DNA of 64,000 bases from Octopus vulgaris (lineage: Eukaryota): positions 558,001 through 622,000 of the forward strand of contig OX597825.1 of the NCBI GenBank assembly GCA_951406725.2, written 5' to 3'. The notes under the pieces were generated by a model. It was given only the letters and a program-made list of their open reading frames with translations. It was not told where the DNA came from and made no database searches. This document shows positions 1-15,300 of the stretch, piece by piece. A program made the position numbers and the translations under genes. Every line of letters begins with the position of its first letter. Position 1 is the stretch's first letter.

Positions 1-4
1 ATAT

Positions 5-21
5 AAGGAAGGAAGGAAGGA

Positions 22-89
<68 letters not shown>
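5..89. repeat. (GGAA)n-(GA)n microsatellite
   Basis: Direct reading. Confidence 0.95.
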
Positions 90-91
<2 letters not shown>

Positions 92-208
92 ATAGTTAAA
101 AAAAGGTACTAAAATATGTCTGTCACAGAAAACTAAAGACATATAATTGCTGGGTTCTTTGTTCATCTGCTTCATTATGAAATGGAAATATTAAATAGGG
201 ATGCTTAC

Positions 209-302
209 CTGGATCTGTGATACCAACTATCAGTAATTTTTTCAAAACATCAGCCACTGTGTTCATTGTCTTCATACTATGCTTCTGTTGACCTTCAAGA
301 GC
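209..302 (-). CDS. MTOR: mTOR coding exon 14
   Basis: ALEGQQKHSMKTMNTVADVLKKLLIVGITDP; 94 nt, donor G|gtaagc. Confidence 0.94.
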
Positions 303-3300
303 CTAATACAATATAAAGAAATAAAAGAACCTAAAACAAAATAGTAACACAATTCTTTCCACTATAGGCACAAGGCTTGACATTTTAAGGGAGGGAGCTG
401 GCTGATTACAGTGACCCCAGTACACAACAGGTACCTATTTCATTGACCCTGAAAGGATGAAAGGCAAAGTTGACGAGGGTAGGACCTCAACTCAGAAGGT
501 AAAGATGGCCAAATTACGGCTAAGCATTTTCTTGGTATGCTAACAATTCTACTATCTTATGCCTTGATAATAATGATTTTAAATTTTGACACAAGGCCAT
601 CAGTTTTTGAGAGGGGAGGGGGGAAGTAGATTACATTGATCCTAGCACTCAACAGGTCAAAGGGTGCATTGAAATGTTGGCCAAGTATGTAGCTAACAGA
701 AAAGCAGTATGAACACAAGCCAGAGATGGACAGAAAATGGGATTTCCCCATAAAGACTGACCATACTCCTGAAGCCAGAAGAACCAGACATTATTATAGA
801 GGACAAAATAAACAAACAGTACAAGATGAAAAATTTTGCAACTCCTTGGAAAAGATTAAGAATTATCAGGATCTAGCTAGAGAGATGAGGAGACTGTGAA
901 AGACCAAGGCATCACCCAAATTGCTTCCTAAAAGACTGAAAGAAATTGGAATTGAAACTTGCATTAGATATCATTATCATTTCACTTCTGATTCTTTCCA
1001 ATAGCATTATCATTTTTTTTTGGGGGGGGGATTCACAACTTGTCATTTAAATCATTATATTTACAGACTGAAGCCACTGCTGCAGCTGGTCTGGCCAATA
1101 AAGCTCACGGGTAGCAGAGAATATTTTGTGGCTTTAATAATGTGGATCATTACAAAATGGAGAAATATTACTTTGCCTGGAAACCAATCTGACCTTCATG
1201 AGCTTTAATATCCTTCACACTCTGTCTTAAACAAAGCAGGGAGCATTTGATAGTGTAGCCCTAGATATGCATCTGGTAAAAAAACTAAAAAGAGGAGTAG
1301 TGGTCATGGTTGCAGGAAAGGCTTGTGGAACAACAGGTATCTGTTCCTATAATCCCCTGCTGTACATACTTCAGTAACATGGAGGTTCATCCTGTTTAAA
1401 ACTATCAAATAATAAAAATCATTATTCATCTTAGCATGGAAAGAAAAAATGGAAATGAGAAGAAATTTACTCACAGTTAACAATGGAATCAAAAGCCTTG
1501 CACATGTACGTATTGCTTCAGATCGGATTTTCTTGGATCGGCTGCACAAGTAATTCTCCGCACAATGCAACACAAATTGAGTGAGAGAATGACCTAACGA
1601 GGACAGAGAGGAGAAACAGCGAAGATGTAGGAGACAACAAACCAACAAATTTAAAAAGTCCCACCAACTGTGGAAACATTAATTTTAATCATTTTCATAA
1701 ATGATATTAAAGATAAAACACTGACTTTCTGGATATTGATCAAGAACCTCTCCTAATTTGTACTAATCTGGGAGCAGGAACTTCGAATTCTGGCAACCAG
1801 CAGATTAGTTTACTGGTACCTTGCACATACCAGTTTTTTTCATAGTAAAGTACTAATAAACTTGTATAATTTATGCTAATGTACAGGTGCCTATTTTACA
1901 TTCAATTATTTAAGTAAATTTAATACTTCTTAAATTTTGAGGCAACTGCTCCTGGTTTGAAAAAAGTTATTTGGAAAGGTTTTGGAACTAAAAGATTTCA
2001 GAACGTTGATGTTTTTATGTGTACATCATCAGTTAACTATTTCTCTTGTACATTATTGGTATATGATGGTTAAGAAATATATTTTCATAATTTCCAATCT
2101 GTTTTTGCATGTTTGCAGGGGTTGAAAAAGTCTTCTCCAAACTCACATCTCACTACTCGTGGCAGTTTTTCACCAAGTCACACCCACAATGTATCTCTTT
2201 TATACATTTGAATTTATTTTATGAGCATAGAAATTATTTTTAATATACTGATATTACATTTATGCTTTTGCTACATCCCTGTTGAAATATAACTTTGGCT
2301 CAAATAATTTTGAAAATAATAATGAATTCAGTAAAATAACTTTTTCATTATTAAGCTGGTGCTTTGAATATAAATTAATATGAAATTTTAATGGTAGGTT
2401 TTAATTAAGATGATTTAAAGACATGGAATTTGTATCATAGAACCAAGCACAGATTCAGGCGAGTTGGTGCCAAAAATGTTTAATTTCCTTTACCTATAGG
2501 ATAAACAACATACATGTTTGTGCATATATTCTCATTTTGGAGGGAAAATTACTCTTTGACCACAAATTAAAGATAGCTATTAGTTGTGGTCAAATAAACC
2601 TGTTAATTTTCATACAACACTTATAACTCTTAAATAAGACTACAACATTTAAAAACAAATGTTTTCAGTTATTGCCTTGAACAGAAGAAATGAATTTGGT
2701 TTACCTTCAAAATCAAAACTACCCAGAGTTGAGAGTGCCAATGTAATACTAGTGTCATCTTGTGAATCACTACCAGCTGGAAAAGTAAATAAATATACAA
2801 TCAGTAAATAATAATGCATCTCTCTCACACACACACACACACACACAGGTAACATTAGTTTCTTTTATCAAGGCCAATTCACCACCTTCAATACGAAATG
2901 CAAACTTCTAACAAGAACTTCTCTCCTCTGCCACCAGTACATGAATTATAACTACATCTAATTGAATGAAATTAAACTTTATATAATTTCTTATAGTTTA
3001 ATAATGTTTCTATGGAAATACAATCTGACTGTTTAATGTTGACATGTAGACCAAAAAAACCCAACAGCCTGTATTCTTTCCCAGTGTTGTGATGTTCCTG
3101 GATTATACTTTTAAGTCATGTATTGCAATTAGGAACGTTTCATGCAGTAGAAGGCAAGCCTCTTACTTTCTGCTTCTCCCCTTGCTTGCTAAACCTTGAT
3201 CCTGTTGCTTAGCTTCCTTTCTAGTTATATACTTCTCCGCTGCCCCCATTCTTCCAGTCTCTTTGCTTTTATGGCTCTATCTCATCACCTGCAGTTTTGC

Positions 3301-6300
3301 TTCAGCCACAAATATGGTCTGTAGTCCTCAGTAGGTCATCTTGTAGGAACTGTGCTACACATGTCCATCTCCTTTTTGTTAAGTGCTTCACTCTAGTACT
3401 TATACTAAATATATTCCAAAACTCTGAAAAGTCCATTGGAATAGCCAAAAGATAAAAAAAAATGTGCTTATTGTTTTCCCCTTACTGTAAACCAAGTGTT
3501 TCATGCGAGAATGCTTAGAACACTGCAGGAGAAACTGTTAGATGCTATTTTACAGTTTTTTGCAAGGTATCTTGTCAGCAAGGCAGCCTGAAGCAAACAG
3601 ACTAATGCGTAACTTACTAAGAGTCTACCATAACGGCCACAGCAGATTTTGAACTCCTGATCATCGGATCATTAATCCAGTTATTTTATCCTTAATTCAC
3701 AGTCTCTACAATTATCAGGAATCTATAAAAATAAAAAATGATTTTTAATTACACAGGTTGCTGGATACATCCTCGCCACCACCACCACCATTTTAATGTC
3801 TATTTTCCATGATGGCATGGGTCGGGCAGGTTGACAAGCCAGAAAAATGCACCAGGCTCCAAATGTCTGTACTGGCATGGTTTCTACAACTAGATGCCTT
3901 TCCTAAAGCCAACCCCTTTACAGAGTGGACTGGTTGCTTTCTACAATGGCACCAACAAGGTCACCAAGTAACTTGCAAGACAAGACCTCCTCAAATGAAG
4001 GGAAAGTAATGTTGAGGGAGTACCAGGTGATGAGAGGTTAAAGTATGACTGAGGGACAGAAACGGGTGTTTTGCTGTAGAGGAGACACGTGGCTACCAGA
4101 GAGAGAAAGAGAAGATGGTGAAGCTGTGTCAAGGAATACTCCAAGTTACAGGAAGGTGTATATAGGTAGTACAAAGGACTGGATAAGGTGAGTGCAAAAG
4201 TAAGATTTTGAGAATGCGAAAGGAGAGTGAAGGGAAGAAGGGAAACAGACCGAGAGGAGAAGAAAGGTAGAAGAAAGGGACTGCAGCCCTGAAATAGGAA
4301 ATAGTTTTAATGAGAACATGGATTATAAAAACCAGGGTCTGCTTACCAGACGACCCAATGGGTAAATTCTTGGGAGCACCAGGATGCTGAAGTGGTCGAC
4401 CAATCAGAATCAAGGACAACATCCTAAGTAACCCATCTTGGATATCTTTCTTCATCTGGGGGATATAGGTAGCCAGATCCCGCAGTGCGGCTGTCAATGC
4501 AGGACTGATGGAGAAAGGAAAAGATGAATTAACAAAATAAGATGAAAATGATTAAAAAATAAAAAAAGCAAAACAAAGGAAATATCACTTTGACTAAGTA
4601 CAAGGTCGATATTAAAACAAGAAACAAAAGAATAATTTGATTTATGGTATTTTCTTTAGTGACTCCCCCTCCCATACACTATAGAAGAGAGGGCAAAATA
4701 CATATCCTCCCTAAAGCACCAAATTAAAAAGAAAAAAAAAAACCCCACAAGATCTCAAGTCTTGCAGATATATTCTAGCCTCTTCATGACCATCATCATT
4801 TAATATTCACTTTTCCATGTTCACATGGGTCAGATGGAATTTGCTGAGGCAGATTTTATACAGCTGGATGCCTTTCTTGCTAACAACATTTACCTGTTTC
4901 CAAACCTGGTGATATTTGCCATGGACACTTGCTTACAACTATCATGTGATGTCAAAACATGGGTGCACACCCACACACATAAATGACAAGCTTCTTTCAG
5001 TTTCCATCAACCAAATCTACTCACAAGGCTGTGGTTGGCCTGAGGCTATATAGTAGAAGACACTTACCCAAGGTGCTGCATAATGCAACTGAACTTGAGA
5101 CCACATGGTTGAGAAACAAGAATCTTAACCACACCACACAAGCATACTGGTACTATACTTGCCATCCATACCACTACTCAAACAACAGCAACAATAAAAA
5201 AAAAAGAAACTATAACATTCTAAGATGACCATAAATAAGAGAATACACAGAGTCCCAGAATGACTGGTCCAAAGCAAGAACAACCAACATTTCAGTAGGT
5301 TAGAAATGTCATTAAATTATTTAAGCGTTTACCTTAAACCTGTGAACAGCATGGAGTCCAAGATGTCCTTCATGTCACGAGCAATTGAAGTCTCCAAAGC
5401 TCTCCCCAACATGCTGATACAGGTAAAAACAGAAGGTTCCACAGAGATAGCTTTCTGTTTCCTGAAAGACAAAATACTTTTTAATTAGATTTATCTAATG
5501 ACAATTACAAGCAATGAAACAAACCAAATAATCTTCCAGTTTTCTTTCTAATTTTTATAAGTACATCAGAATAAAATAAAAGGGGAAACTTGATATTTTA
5601 ATAAAAACAGGTGAGATGAAAATAAAATAAAAATAAAATTCACTGCAGAAAAAAAGCTATTTTGTTACAGTTTAATGATGGTCAACTGAGTTTTGGATCA
5701 TTGTCATTTAAGCATCCACATTTCACGCTGGCATGGATTGGACAGTATAACAGAGCCCCTGACCCAGCAGGAATCACTGCTAAAATGCTTAAAATATCTG
5801 GTGGTGAGGGTTGTGGTCTAGTAATATTGTAAATCAGGTAGTTCACGAAGGAGTCATACCCAATGACTGGCATAGCAGCATCATAGTCAACTGCTACAAA
5901 GGTAAAGGTAATGTTTTAGATAGAAATAACAAGGGTATCAAACTGCTGGATTAAGTGATGAAGGTCACGGAGAGGATCATAGCCCAACTAATTAGGGAGA
6001 GAGTCTGCTTAGATGAGATGCAGTTCAGTTTTGTGCCAAGGAAAAGCACCACTGATGCTATATTTCTGGTAAGCAACTGCAGGAGCAATACCTAGCCAAA
6101 GATAAACCGCTGTACTTGACTTTTGTTGACTTGGAGAAAGCCTTTGACAGTGTCCCCCGATCCCTTATCTGGTAGCTGATGCAGAAACTAGGATAGACAA
6201 GTGAGTGGTTAAAAAGAGCTGTACAGGCCCTGTACAGGGATGCTATCAGTAAGGTATGGGTCGGCAACGAGTATAGTGAAGAATTCCAGGTAGAAGTAAG

Positions 6301-9300
6301 GGTTCACAAGGATCAGACCTCAGCCCCTTCTTATTCATCATAGTCCTCCAAGCAATAACGGAGGAATTCAAGACAGGCTTCCCTTGGCAGCTCCTCTATG
6401 CTGATGACCTTGCTCTCATAGTTGAATCACTACCAGAACTAGAGAAGAAATTTCAGGCGCAGAAGCAAGGTCTAGAATCGAAGGGCCTTAGAGTCAAAGT
6501 TGCAAAAACCAAAGTCCTAGTAAGTAGGAAGGTGAACTAATATTTTGGTGTATTGTAGAAATATAACCCTAGTTGAGAAGCATTGAATTAAAGAATCCCT
6601 GGAGTTGATGGTATAAAAGACACACCCCAATTTCAGTGAAGCATACTCAGGTAAAACAGTTATGCCTTAAGGTGAGTAACAAAGGTTCAGTGAAGGCGCT
6701 TAGCAGTTAGGATATTTGGTTCATGATTATAAGGTTGTTAAGTTTGATACTTGAGAGCACGTTGTGCTCCTGGGGAAGATGTCATTCCACTTTGCTCCAG
6801 TCCACTCAGCTGGCACAAATGTGCTTTACCTAGGGTAAAGGTCTGTATATCTGTGTAGTTAACTTCATGAGCAGACTGTTCTGTTAACTGGATCAACTGG
6901 GATACTTATCGCAATCAACAGAGTGCCAGAAAATAGGCTCAATTTTGCATATAGGACCGGGAGAAATTTTTGGAGGTCTTTTTGGAAGAAAAATTGCATC
7001 TTCTAACCATCAAATACAATATATAAAATACATTCCAAAACAAAAAGAGACTTAAAATGAAAAATGTTTTTTATTTACTTTTGTGGTAAATCTTTAGGTG
7101 GTAGAGCACTTCTCACAAATTCCATGATCCGATTGCAAAAGCTGAAGATGTTATCCTTCACAGCAACTGCCAGGAGACCCACTGCTTGGAATGCTGCAGC
7201 TCTTTCTTTATCACGCCGCAAAGCATTAAGCAAGTATACGATGGTGTCTCGAAGGTATCTGGAGAAAAAACAGAAAAACCTCACAGTTTCTAAATATTTT
7301 TAATCATCATCATCATTTAACATTCCATCTTATTGATGGAAAAACAAAACTCAGAACTATAACAAAAACAACCAGTGCTGTCACAACCACCTTTACGACC
7401 ATAATGAATATTTTAATTATGCAAAAATGTCACCATTGAACAGCTCAATGGAATGTTCCCTTAAAAACTGAAGTCTCCAGAGTTGAATAAAGTCACAGGG
7501 GCTGCACAACATCAACTGTAAATTTATTTTAAAATTAAAAGAATATAAATTTAAACTTTTAGCATTTACAATATTCTGTCAAATGTAGTGTTTATTTATT
7601 CACATTGTTTAGAATTAATCCTGCATCATCTCATAGCTTTGAAATTTCAATGATGTGATTGTTTTTGGAATAACATTGCAGGGTACGTGCAAGAGGTTGG
7701 ATCTGGCCAGTTTTAACATGAAACAAGTAGAAAATGTAGGCTGAATATGACCAGTTTAAGTGTTAAAGGGTTAAGCCCATTCTTTTAAAACTTTGTTTTA
7801 ATAATAATAAAGAGAAAAAAAAAAACCATGAATGCAGTTAAAATTTTGATTTAATTACAAATTGATGAAATTCTGGATTAAGAGTGTACACACACACAGT
7901 GTTAAGGTGCACTTACGTTCTGGAAAACAACTCTGGATCAAAAGCTGCCAACCTAGGAATGGCTTTCAACATGACTTGTTGTACATAGCTGCTACGATTT
8001 CCTTGGTAAAGTTGATGAACCAAGTTAGCTACCTGTAATAAAGATCATATGTACTCTCGTCAACAACTATTTTCATTGACAAGGTCAATTTTAATACAAA
8101 ATGAGTTTTCTCATTGTTTTAGGCAGGATGTATAAATTATTCAGCTGACTGCCCAAATCCTATAACCTACTCCAGTATCTTAGCACATCATCCACCACAG
8201 AATGGCAGAGAAATGGATGTGTGGTTAAGAAGTTTGATTGCTAGTCACAGGACTTGGGGTTCAATACCACTGCATAACACTGAGTGTCTTCTACAAGCCT
8301 GGGGCTGATCAGAGCCTTGCGAGTGGATTTGATGGATAGAAACTAAAAAAAAGCCTGTGTGTGAGTGTGTGTAATATGTTTACATGAAGAAAATTCTTGG
8401 CATCACATTATGGTGGGGTGGAGTGGGGGTCACTGTCATTCACTTCCAATATTCTACAAAGACTTGTCTGGCCATGGGGAAATATTACATAGCTTGGAAA
8501 CAGATGAAGATTGGCAATGGGAAGGTCATCTGGCTTTGGAAATTCTTCCTCAATAAACTGACTCATGCAAGCACAGAAAAGTAGATGTTAAAATAATTAT
8601 GATGATGATGATAAAAAAAAAGGCAATGCTAGTGAGAGAGAATCTGAAGGATTTTAAAAGTCTTAGATATTTATTCAGGTGCCAAGATTGAAGTGTTGCA
8701 CTTGCTTGTAGTAAATGGGAAATATTAACTGCTTTGTTACTGACTGCCAAAAACTGCCCTTGGTACTATGGTAGAAACATTGTTTTAAAGTTCAGAATTT
8801 CAAAATCATGAAAGACGGAGACCCAGGAAAGCATAGGATAAAGTACAGGAGGACAGTCTCAAGACATTGAACCTTGTGGAGGGGATGACAAAGGACCAAG
8901 ATATCTGGTATTTTGCTTCACTCAAGAAGACCCATCCTTTACTGTAGAAGTGTTAACACCACTCCCACTGATGAAGAGGACTGGCCCACAAGAGCCCTGT
9001 GCTAGTGCCATGTAAAAGCACTCAACACACACTGTAAAGTGGTTGGTGTTAGGAATGACATCCAGCCATAGAGACCAAGTTAAATCAGACTGGAATCTGG
9101 TGCAGCTCTCCAGCTCTGGTTAAACCATCCAACCCATGCCAGCATGGAAAACGGACGTTGACGATATGATAGATATTTTAATAAATTTTTCATTATTATC
9201 AAAATAAAGTGTATTTCAACAGAAATATGGTAACAAAAGGATCAAATTTCTGGTACAAAGTACTAAATTTATTTCCGTCTATAAGGAGTCCATTGTAAGG

Positions 9301-12300
9301 AGGCAAAACTCAGTTGTGTGAAATTGATTATTGTTGATGTTAGTCTATGAAAAAATTGTGGACAAAGAGAGGTATCCAGAGAGTTGAGGTGCTGAGGCAG
9401 AAGGAATAGAGATAGTGCTTAGTGGGAGGCCTGGGGATGGAGGTGGTATGTGAGAAACTGGAAGGATGATGGGAAGAGAAGAGGCAAGTGTGACAGTTGA
9501 AGATGGTATGTAAGTAACTAGCAGGTTTAGCAGAGTAGAGGCCATTATAGTAGCGGTACAATAAGCAGTGAGATGAGACAGTACGTCTGTTGGAAAGGAA
9601 CTGGGATTCAGTCAAATTGGTTTTACTGAATTATAAACAATACTCCATTACATGTAAAAAGATAAAGGATTAAAAAAGGAATGAACAGAATTGTGAAAAA
9701 GATTGTAGAAACCTTGTCGTAGTTTTTGGTCATTAACTCTTTGCAAACTCTACTTTCAAAGAGACCTCTTTTCTGAGGTGCTGATGCATGCGATGCATCA
9801 AAGACTATTAAAGGAGACTTTTGATGTAGTTGTTGGAAGCCACTGGTGTTGGCAGGGGATCTACGGCGTGGAGAGAATTCCTGAAAAGAAAATTTTTAAA
9901 AACATTTCAAATAAGAAAAAAAAACCCAAAAAAACTTTATATTTTTAAATTGAATTGGAAACAATCATAGAAACAATCTCCGCAATAGGTTGTGGGAAAC
10001 TATTTGAAGAGGAAGGGGTGAGGAAGAGACTCTGCTACAAGTAGAATAATATATTAAGAATATATGAATAACGCGTGTTTATTAGTTGGCAGGTATCAGC
10101 ACTGAGCAACAACCAGCTTGTTCGCTGAAATTATAAACAAAGCCATTGGCTTGAAAGGACCAGGGATGCTTCTGACTGGTGTTGTAGAATCTGTGCACCA
10201 ATGAGCTGAGTTTGTTATGACCACATTGTCATTGTAAAATGAAGCTGTGCTGCTGTGACATACACGACAGTGACTAGCATATCTGCATTCAAATCTGCTG
10301 GAACATATGAATAAATACGCAAATCATTTCAAATTTTGCTGTACACAAAGGAAATAACTCTTTTAATAATAATAATTATTATTATGTAATAATCTATAAA
10401 AAATGTTGTCCAATTTAGATTCCTTTTGTGTTGGAGTATGAATGTCTTGCTTTAGGCTCACAAACATTAATACAAAATGTAATTATTGGAAAATATAAGA
10501 TTTACATTTTTGAAACTCCTTTTTCTCACTTTTCATATCTTTTAAGATTGAGAAGGAAATAAAGGAAAAGAAAACTAAATAAAAAGGAGTAGAGAAAAGT
10601 GAAGAAAATGGATAATCATGAGTATAAAGTTTACTCACCTTCACTGCTTTCTCAAATGTGTTCTGCTGAATGGCCAAGTCCTCCATTTCAACACGAAGGC
10701 GCTGAAGAAATTGAAAAACAAAATAATATAAAACAAATTAACTAAAAAAACGTAATATTTTCAACCCATCATCATAGTTTAACATCCGTTTTCCATGCTA
10801 ACACGAGTTGGACATCTCTTAAATTTAATTAAACTAATCAATAATAGGTTAGAAGAATAGAAGGCCTATGGGACAATCCCTGCTGTAGCTCTTTTCAATT
10901 CCTTACAATTAGATGGTTGACAGCTGAGTTCAGCTACCACTATTTCAATCATTGTAGACTCACAGCTAAGCTATTTCAATTCATTAACCCTATGCCATTT
11001 AAACTGGCACTAACATTCAGTTTTATATTCAAACTGGCCAGATTCAGCCTCTCACACCTACCCTACAATGTTATTCAAAAGAAAAAAAAAAGAAAATACA
11101 GAAATGTGAAAAGTAAAAGATAATGCATAATTCAAAAGAGTGTGAATAATTAAGCATTCCATTTGACAGAGTAATCTGAGTGCTAAGGAGTTAAAGAGAT
11201 TTAAGTCTTTGGGAAATGTATGAATATCACAGTCGCCTTTACTTTTCTGCTAAAAATCTTAGATTTCAAACTTACATAAAGCCAGAAACAAGAATGCCCT
11301 CCAATATGACTTTCTTAAAACACAAGGCTAGATAGAGTGCCAGTAAACAAGAATCCGATCTAGGGCCAAACCCGATTCCCTCCCTCTCTACATATATCCC
11401 GATTGTGCAGCCGTCAGTGTCATCAATCACACTAGTCTGGCAAGACTTTGCAAACTCAGAAACTACTTATGAAGACAAAGTGGTCGAAATTCACACACTT
11501 CAACTTAAGCCAGTATTTAGTTCCAAGACATGTAACTTAATTTGAAAAATGACATGACACAACAAAAGTTGTTTAATGTATTAGATAATATCTCTTTTAA
11601 TAAATCATTTGTCAATATTTTCACATGGATCTTATTTCACTTTCCCACTTCAGTATTGGGTTTTAAATCTTTTTTTTTCCACTTTTAAAGGTTTGCAGAG
11701 ACTACTGCAAAAGACATACCTCAAAACGACATAATAAGTGACTGTGTGTGCATGTGTGTGTGTGTGTATGGGGGGGAGGTGTTAAAGAACCATTTTTTTA
11801 GCTTTGTAGTTTCAGGTTCTATCCCACTGCATGGTACTGGTATCTTAGAGAAATGTCTTTCACTATAGCAACCAGCTGACTAATGTCTTGTGAGTGAAAC
11901 TATATGGTACCTCATGCAAACATGAGAGAGAGGGAGGAAGCGAGTGTGTGTGTGTGTGAATATTTATTTTCCATTTGTCCTTTTTTAATATTGTTTGAAC
12001 AACGGTGAGGTTCTATTTACACCTCTTGTGAACAATATTTTCTGTAGCTCAACATTTTCAACAAGAATATAAATGCATTACTTGATATATAGGTAAGGGT
12101 TGGTGAGAGCAAGGGCCTCAGACCACAGAATACAGCTGTAATAAGTCTCATTCAATCCATGTCGATATAGAAAACAAACACCCAATTCTGGCACATCCTC
12201 ATCATCCTTTAACATCCATTCCTCATGCATGCATGGGGGTTGGATGGTTTGACTGGAGCTAGGAAGCCAGAGAGCTGCACCTGGTTTCTACAGCTGGATG

Positions 12301-15300
12301 CCTTGCCTTTCCTAATGCCAACCACTTTACTGTGTGCTGGGTGCTTTTAACATGCCCCCAGCACAAGCGTCTCTATGTGCCGTGAGTACTTTTTTCATGA
12401 GGCACCCTGTCAGGGTTCTGACAGGCCAATTCTCATCACCAGGGGATGTGACCTTAACACTTCTGCAGTGTTCAAAGCATCAGGTATCTTGGTCCTCTGT
12501 TATGGATGCATAACATGCTTTTATTCTGTTACTGTTTTCAGATATTGAACTGTTGCCATGCTGGAGCATTGCCTTCTATGAAACAATTTATCATATTGAC
12601 TACCTCAGCATTTATTTTACTGAACATTGAATAATGAAATGCGTTATGGACCTGGGTGGGATTACAACTCAGAATGTCAATATGTGAAAGCATGTTACTA
12701 AATACCACGTTTAGTTCCATGCTTTACTGATTCTTGCCAGCTACATGTTTGAGCAGAGAAAACATTCCAACATTCAAGGAAAAAAAAAAGAAGAAAAAAA
12801 GAAACCCACCTCTCCTTCCATGTTGCTGCATCGTAGAAGTTCATTGATTATCAGTAAAGATCCATGCAGCCAATCATCCTTGTTGAGACGTTTCTCTTTA
12901 GCAAGAGCATCACTGTATGGCCTCAACGCTTCTTCCAGACAAGTCTAACAAATATTAAGAAAATAAACTAAAATCAGTTCACAACAATTTCTGCAATAAA
13001 TAAATTAAAACCTTTTCTATAAGAACTTACCTGATAGTACCTTGTATTTTAAACTTTCCCAAATCAAAACCTTCCAACATAATGTAAGTTACAGTCTAAA
13101 CATGAGCTTAATAATGAAAATATTAGTTACCGAACTAAGAAGCAGTATATTTTTATTAGGATTATGGGTCACAAAAGGAATTGGTTCTGAAGTGCATAAG
13201 ACACTCGAGTTACTTCCCTTTATACGGGGATTTCTATTCTGAATCTCCAAGGAAACAGCAGGCATTGAGAAATTTATTTTTAAAATATTTGTTGATTAGT
13301 AATAGTGACTACAAAGGCCCAAAACATTAGGGAGAGTACACAAATGAAATACAAAAGCAATTAACAAAGAAAAAGCAGTGTTTTTATGTATTAGATTGAG
13401 TAAAAGGGTGAAAAGAAAAATAATGAAAGCACATTAAGAAATACATAATATATAGCAATAACAGGACTGAACAAGAAGACCCTGCGAAATGGGGAGATGC
13501 AGAGAATCATAGAGAGTAGTAATCCAGGGCACCTTACATGCAACTCTGAAACCCATTAAAGAAAACGCCTTCTCAGAGTTTTTGTTACCAGCCTTACAGC
13601 CACATATAATGTTGGCCCATTTAGCCACACCAAGTTTGCCGCTCTTGCTCATTTTCCATGAAATTCATTGGAGGGTAGCATCCCTCTTGTTACTATCATT
13701 TTTCTCTAAACTTTTTAATACCAACCTGCCCGAGACCACCCTCACAGATTCTATGATACAAACTTCCACTTTGAAAGTGATCAAAATTAAACCTCGAATT
13801 TCTTGTTTATTTATGCTCCAAATACAATCTTAATAATGACAAACTTATTTCACTAAATTTTTCATTATTTTCAAAATTATTTGAGAGAAATGAAGTATAT
13901 TCCAACAGAAATATGGTAACAAAAGGCAGCGAGCTGGCAGAAACGTTACACGCCAGGCGAAATGCTGAGTGGTATTTCGTCTGCTGCTACATTCTGAGTT
14001 CAAATTCTGCCGAGGTCAACTTAGCCTTTCATCCCTTTGGGGGTCGATTAAATAAGTACCAATAACGCACTGGGGTCGATATAATCGACTTAATCTCTTT
14101 GTCTGTCCCTTCTATGTTTAGCTCCTTGTGGGCAGTAAAGAAATAAGAAATATGGTAACAAAAGGGCTAAGAGGTATTTCACCATGACCACTAAGCAAGA
14201 GAAGACTATTTCTTGGCTGAAGGGAGGTGGTGGGTCAATCTTCATGATAGATTCAGCTAATGGCCAGACCCATCCTACAAGTGGTAACAGATGTTCAATA
14301 TAAACCCCAAAATCAATGATTTCATACTGGTTGGTTTTGTCACCCAACAATGCATCTCAGATGGGTTCAGTTGCTGGCAGTTCCAACATGGCAATTCAGT
14401 AGAATTTATCCCAAACAAGCAAAGACCTTACTTATAGTTCTGCTAGTCCGCAATCCTTATCTGATAGTCCTTCAGAAGTGACTACCCTGATGGTCGTCGT
14501 CTATGCTTGGAATAACTCCCAGGCCATCCTTATTCACATCCCCTGTCTAATCCACTATACACTGTGAGGGTTGATTTTCTACTAATCAGAAGGCCCAGAC
14601 TGCAGTGAGCGCCAGGCAACATTGCATGTGACAAATGCTCAACTTGTGCTTGACATAAGATTGCATCTTGGTGAGGGAGACAAGTTATGGGAAGGCGTGA
14701 TATGTGAAAGATGACCACACCTGTCCACCATTATTGTCATCAGAGAATCTCTGCAGATATGTCAGATTTAGTATGTGCATCATTAGCCATGACAACTCAA
14801 GACCTCATGTGAAAGTGGACATTGGCAGAATCAGACCCAGTGTCAAGAAAGATGGTGGACTGAGCACATGATGCAAAATGGTTGTAATGATGATGATGAT
14901 GATGATGTGAAATAAATTATGGTATTCGTAAGTTTGTAGCATTTTATGAAATTACATTTCCAGAGTGACGTATATGTGAACGAGAGAATCATGCTTTAGA
15001 TGCTGAGACATAAAGGGGTTCACAAGGAAGGGAAAAACTGGTAACCCCAGAGAATTTAGTCAGCAGCTTACGGTAAACAAATTCGGAGAAACAAACTAAT
15101 AAAAGAAGAAATGAGCAGCAAATACAGCTTTTTAAGATGAGGACTACTCATCAAACAAATGTTTTTTTTTCCCCTTAGAGATACACTGTGTATGTGTGTG
15201 AGGACATGGTAATATGGTCAATTCAAAATATAACACATGTCATGCTGCCCTTAACCTGTTATGGGGTTAACAGCATGAAGAGATCATTATCATCCAGTTA

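Noticed and set aside
3615-3725. Extra mTOR exon between coding exons 11 and 12
   Set aside because: AG/GT-like ends are present but the frame has stop codons, and exons 11 and 12 already join in phase.
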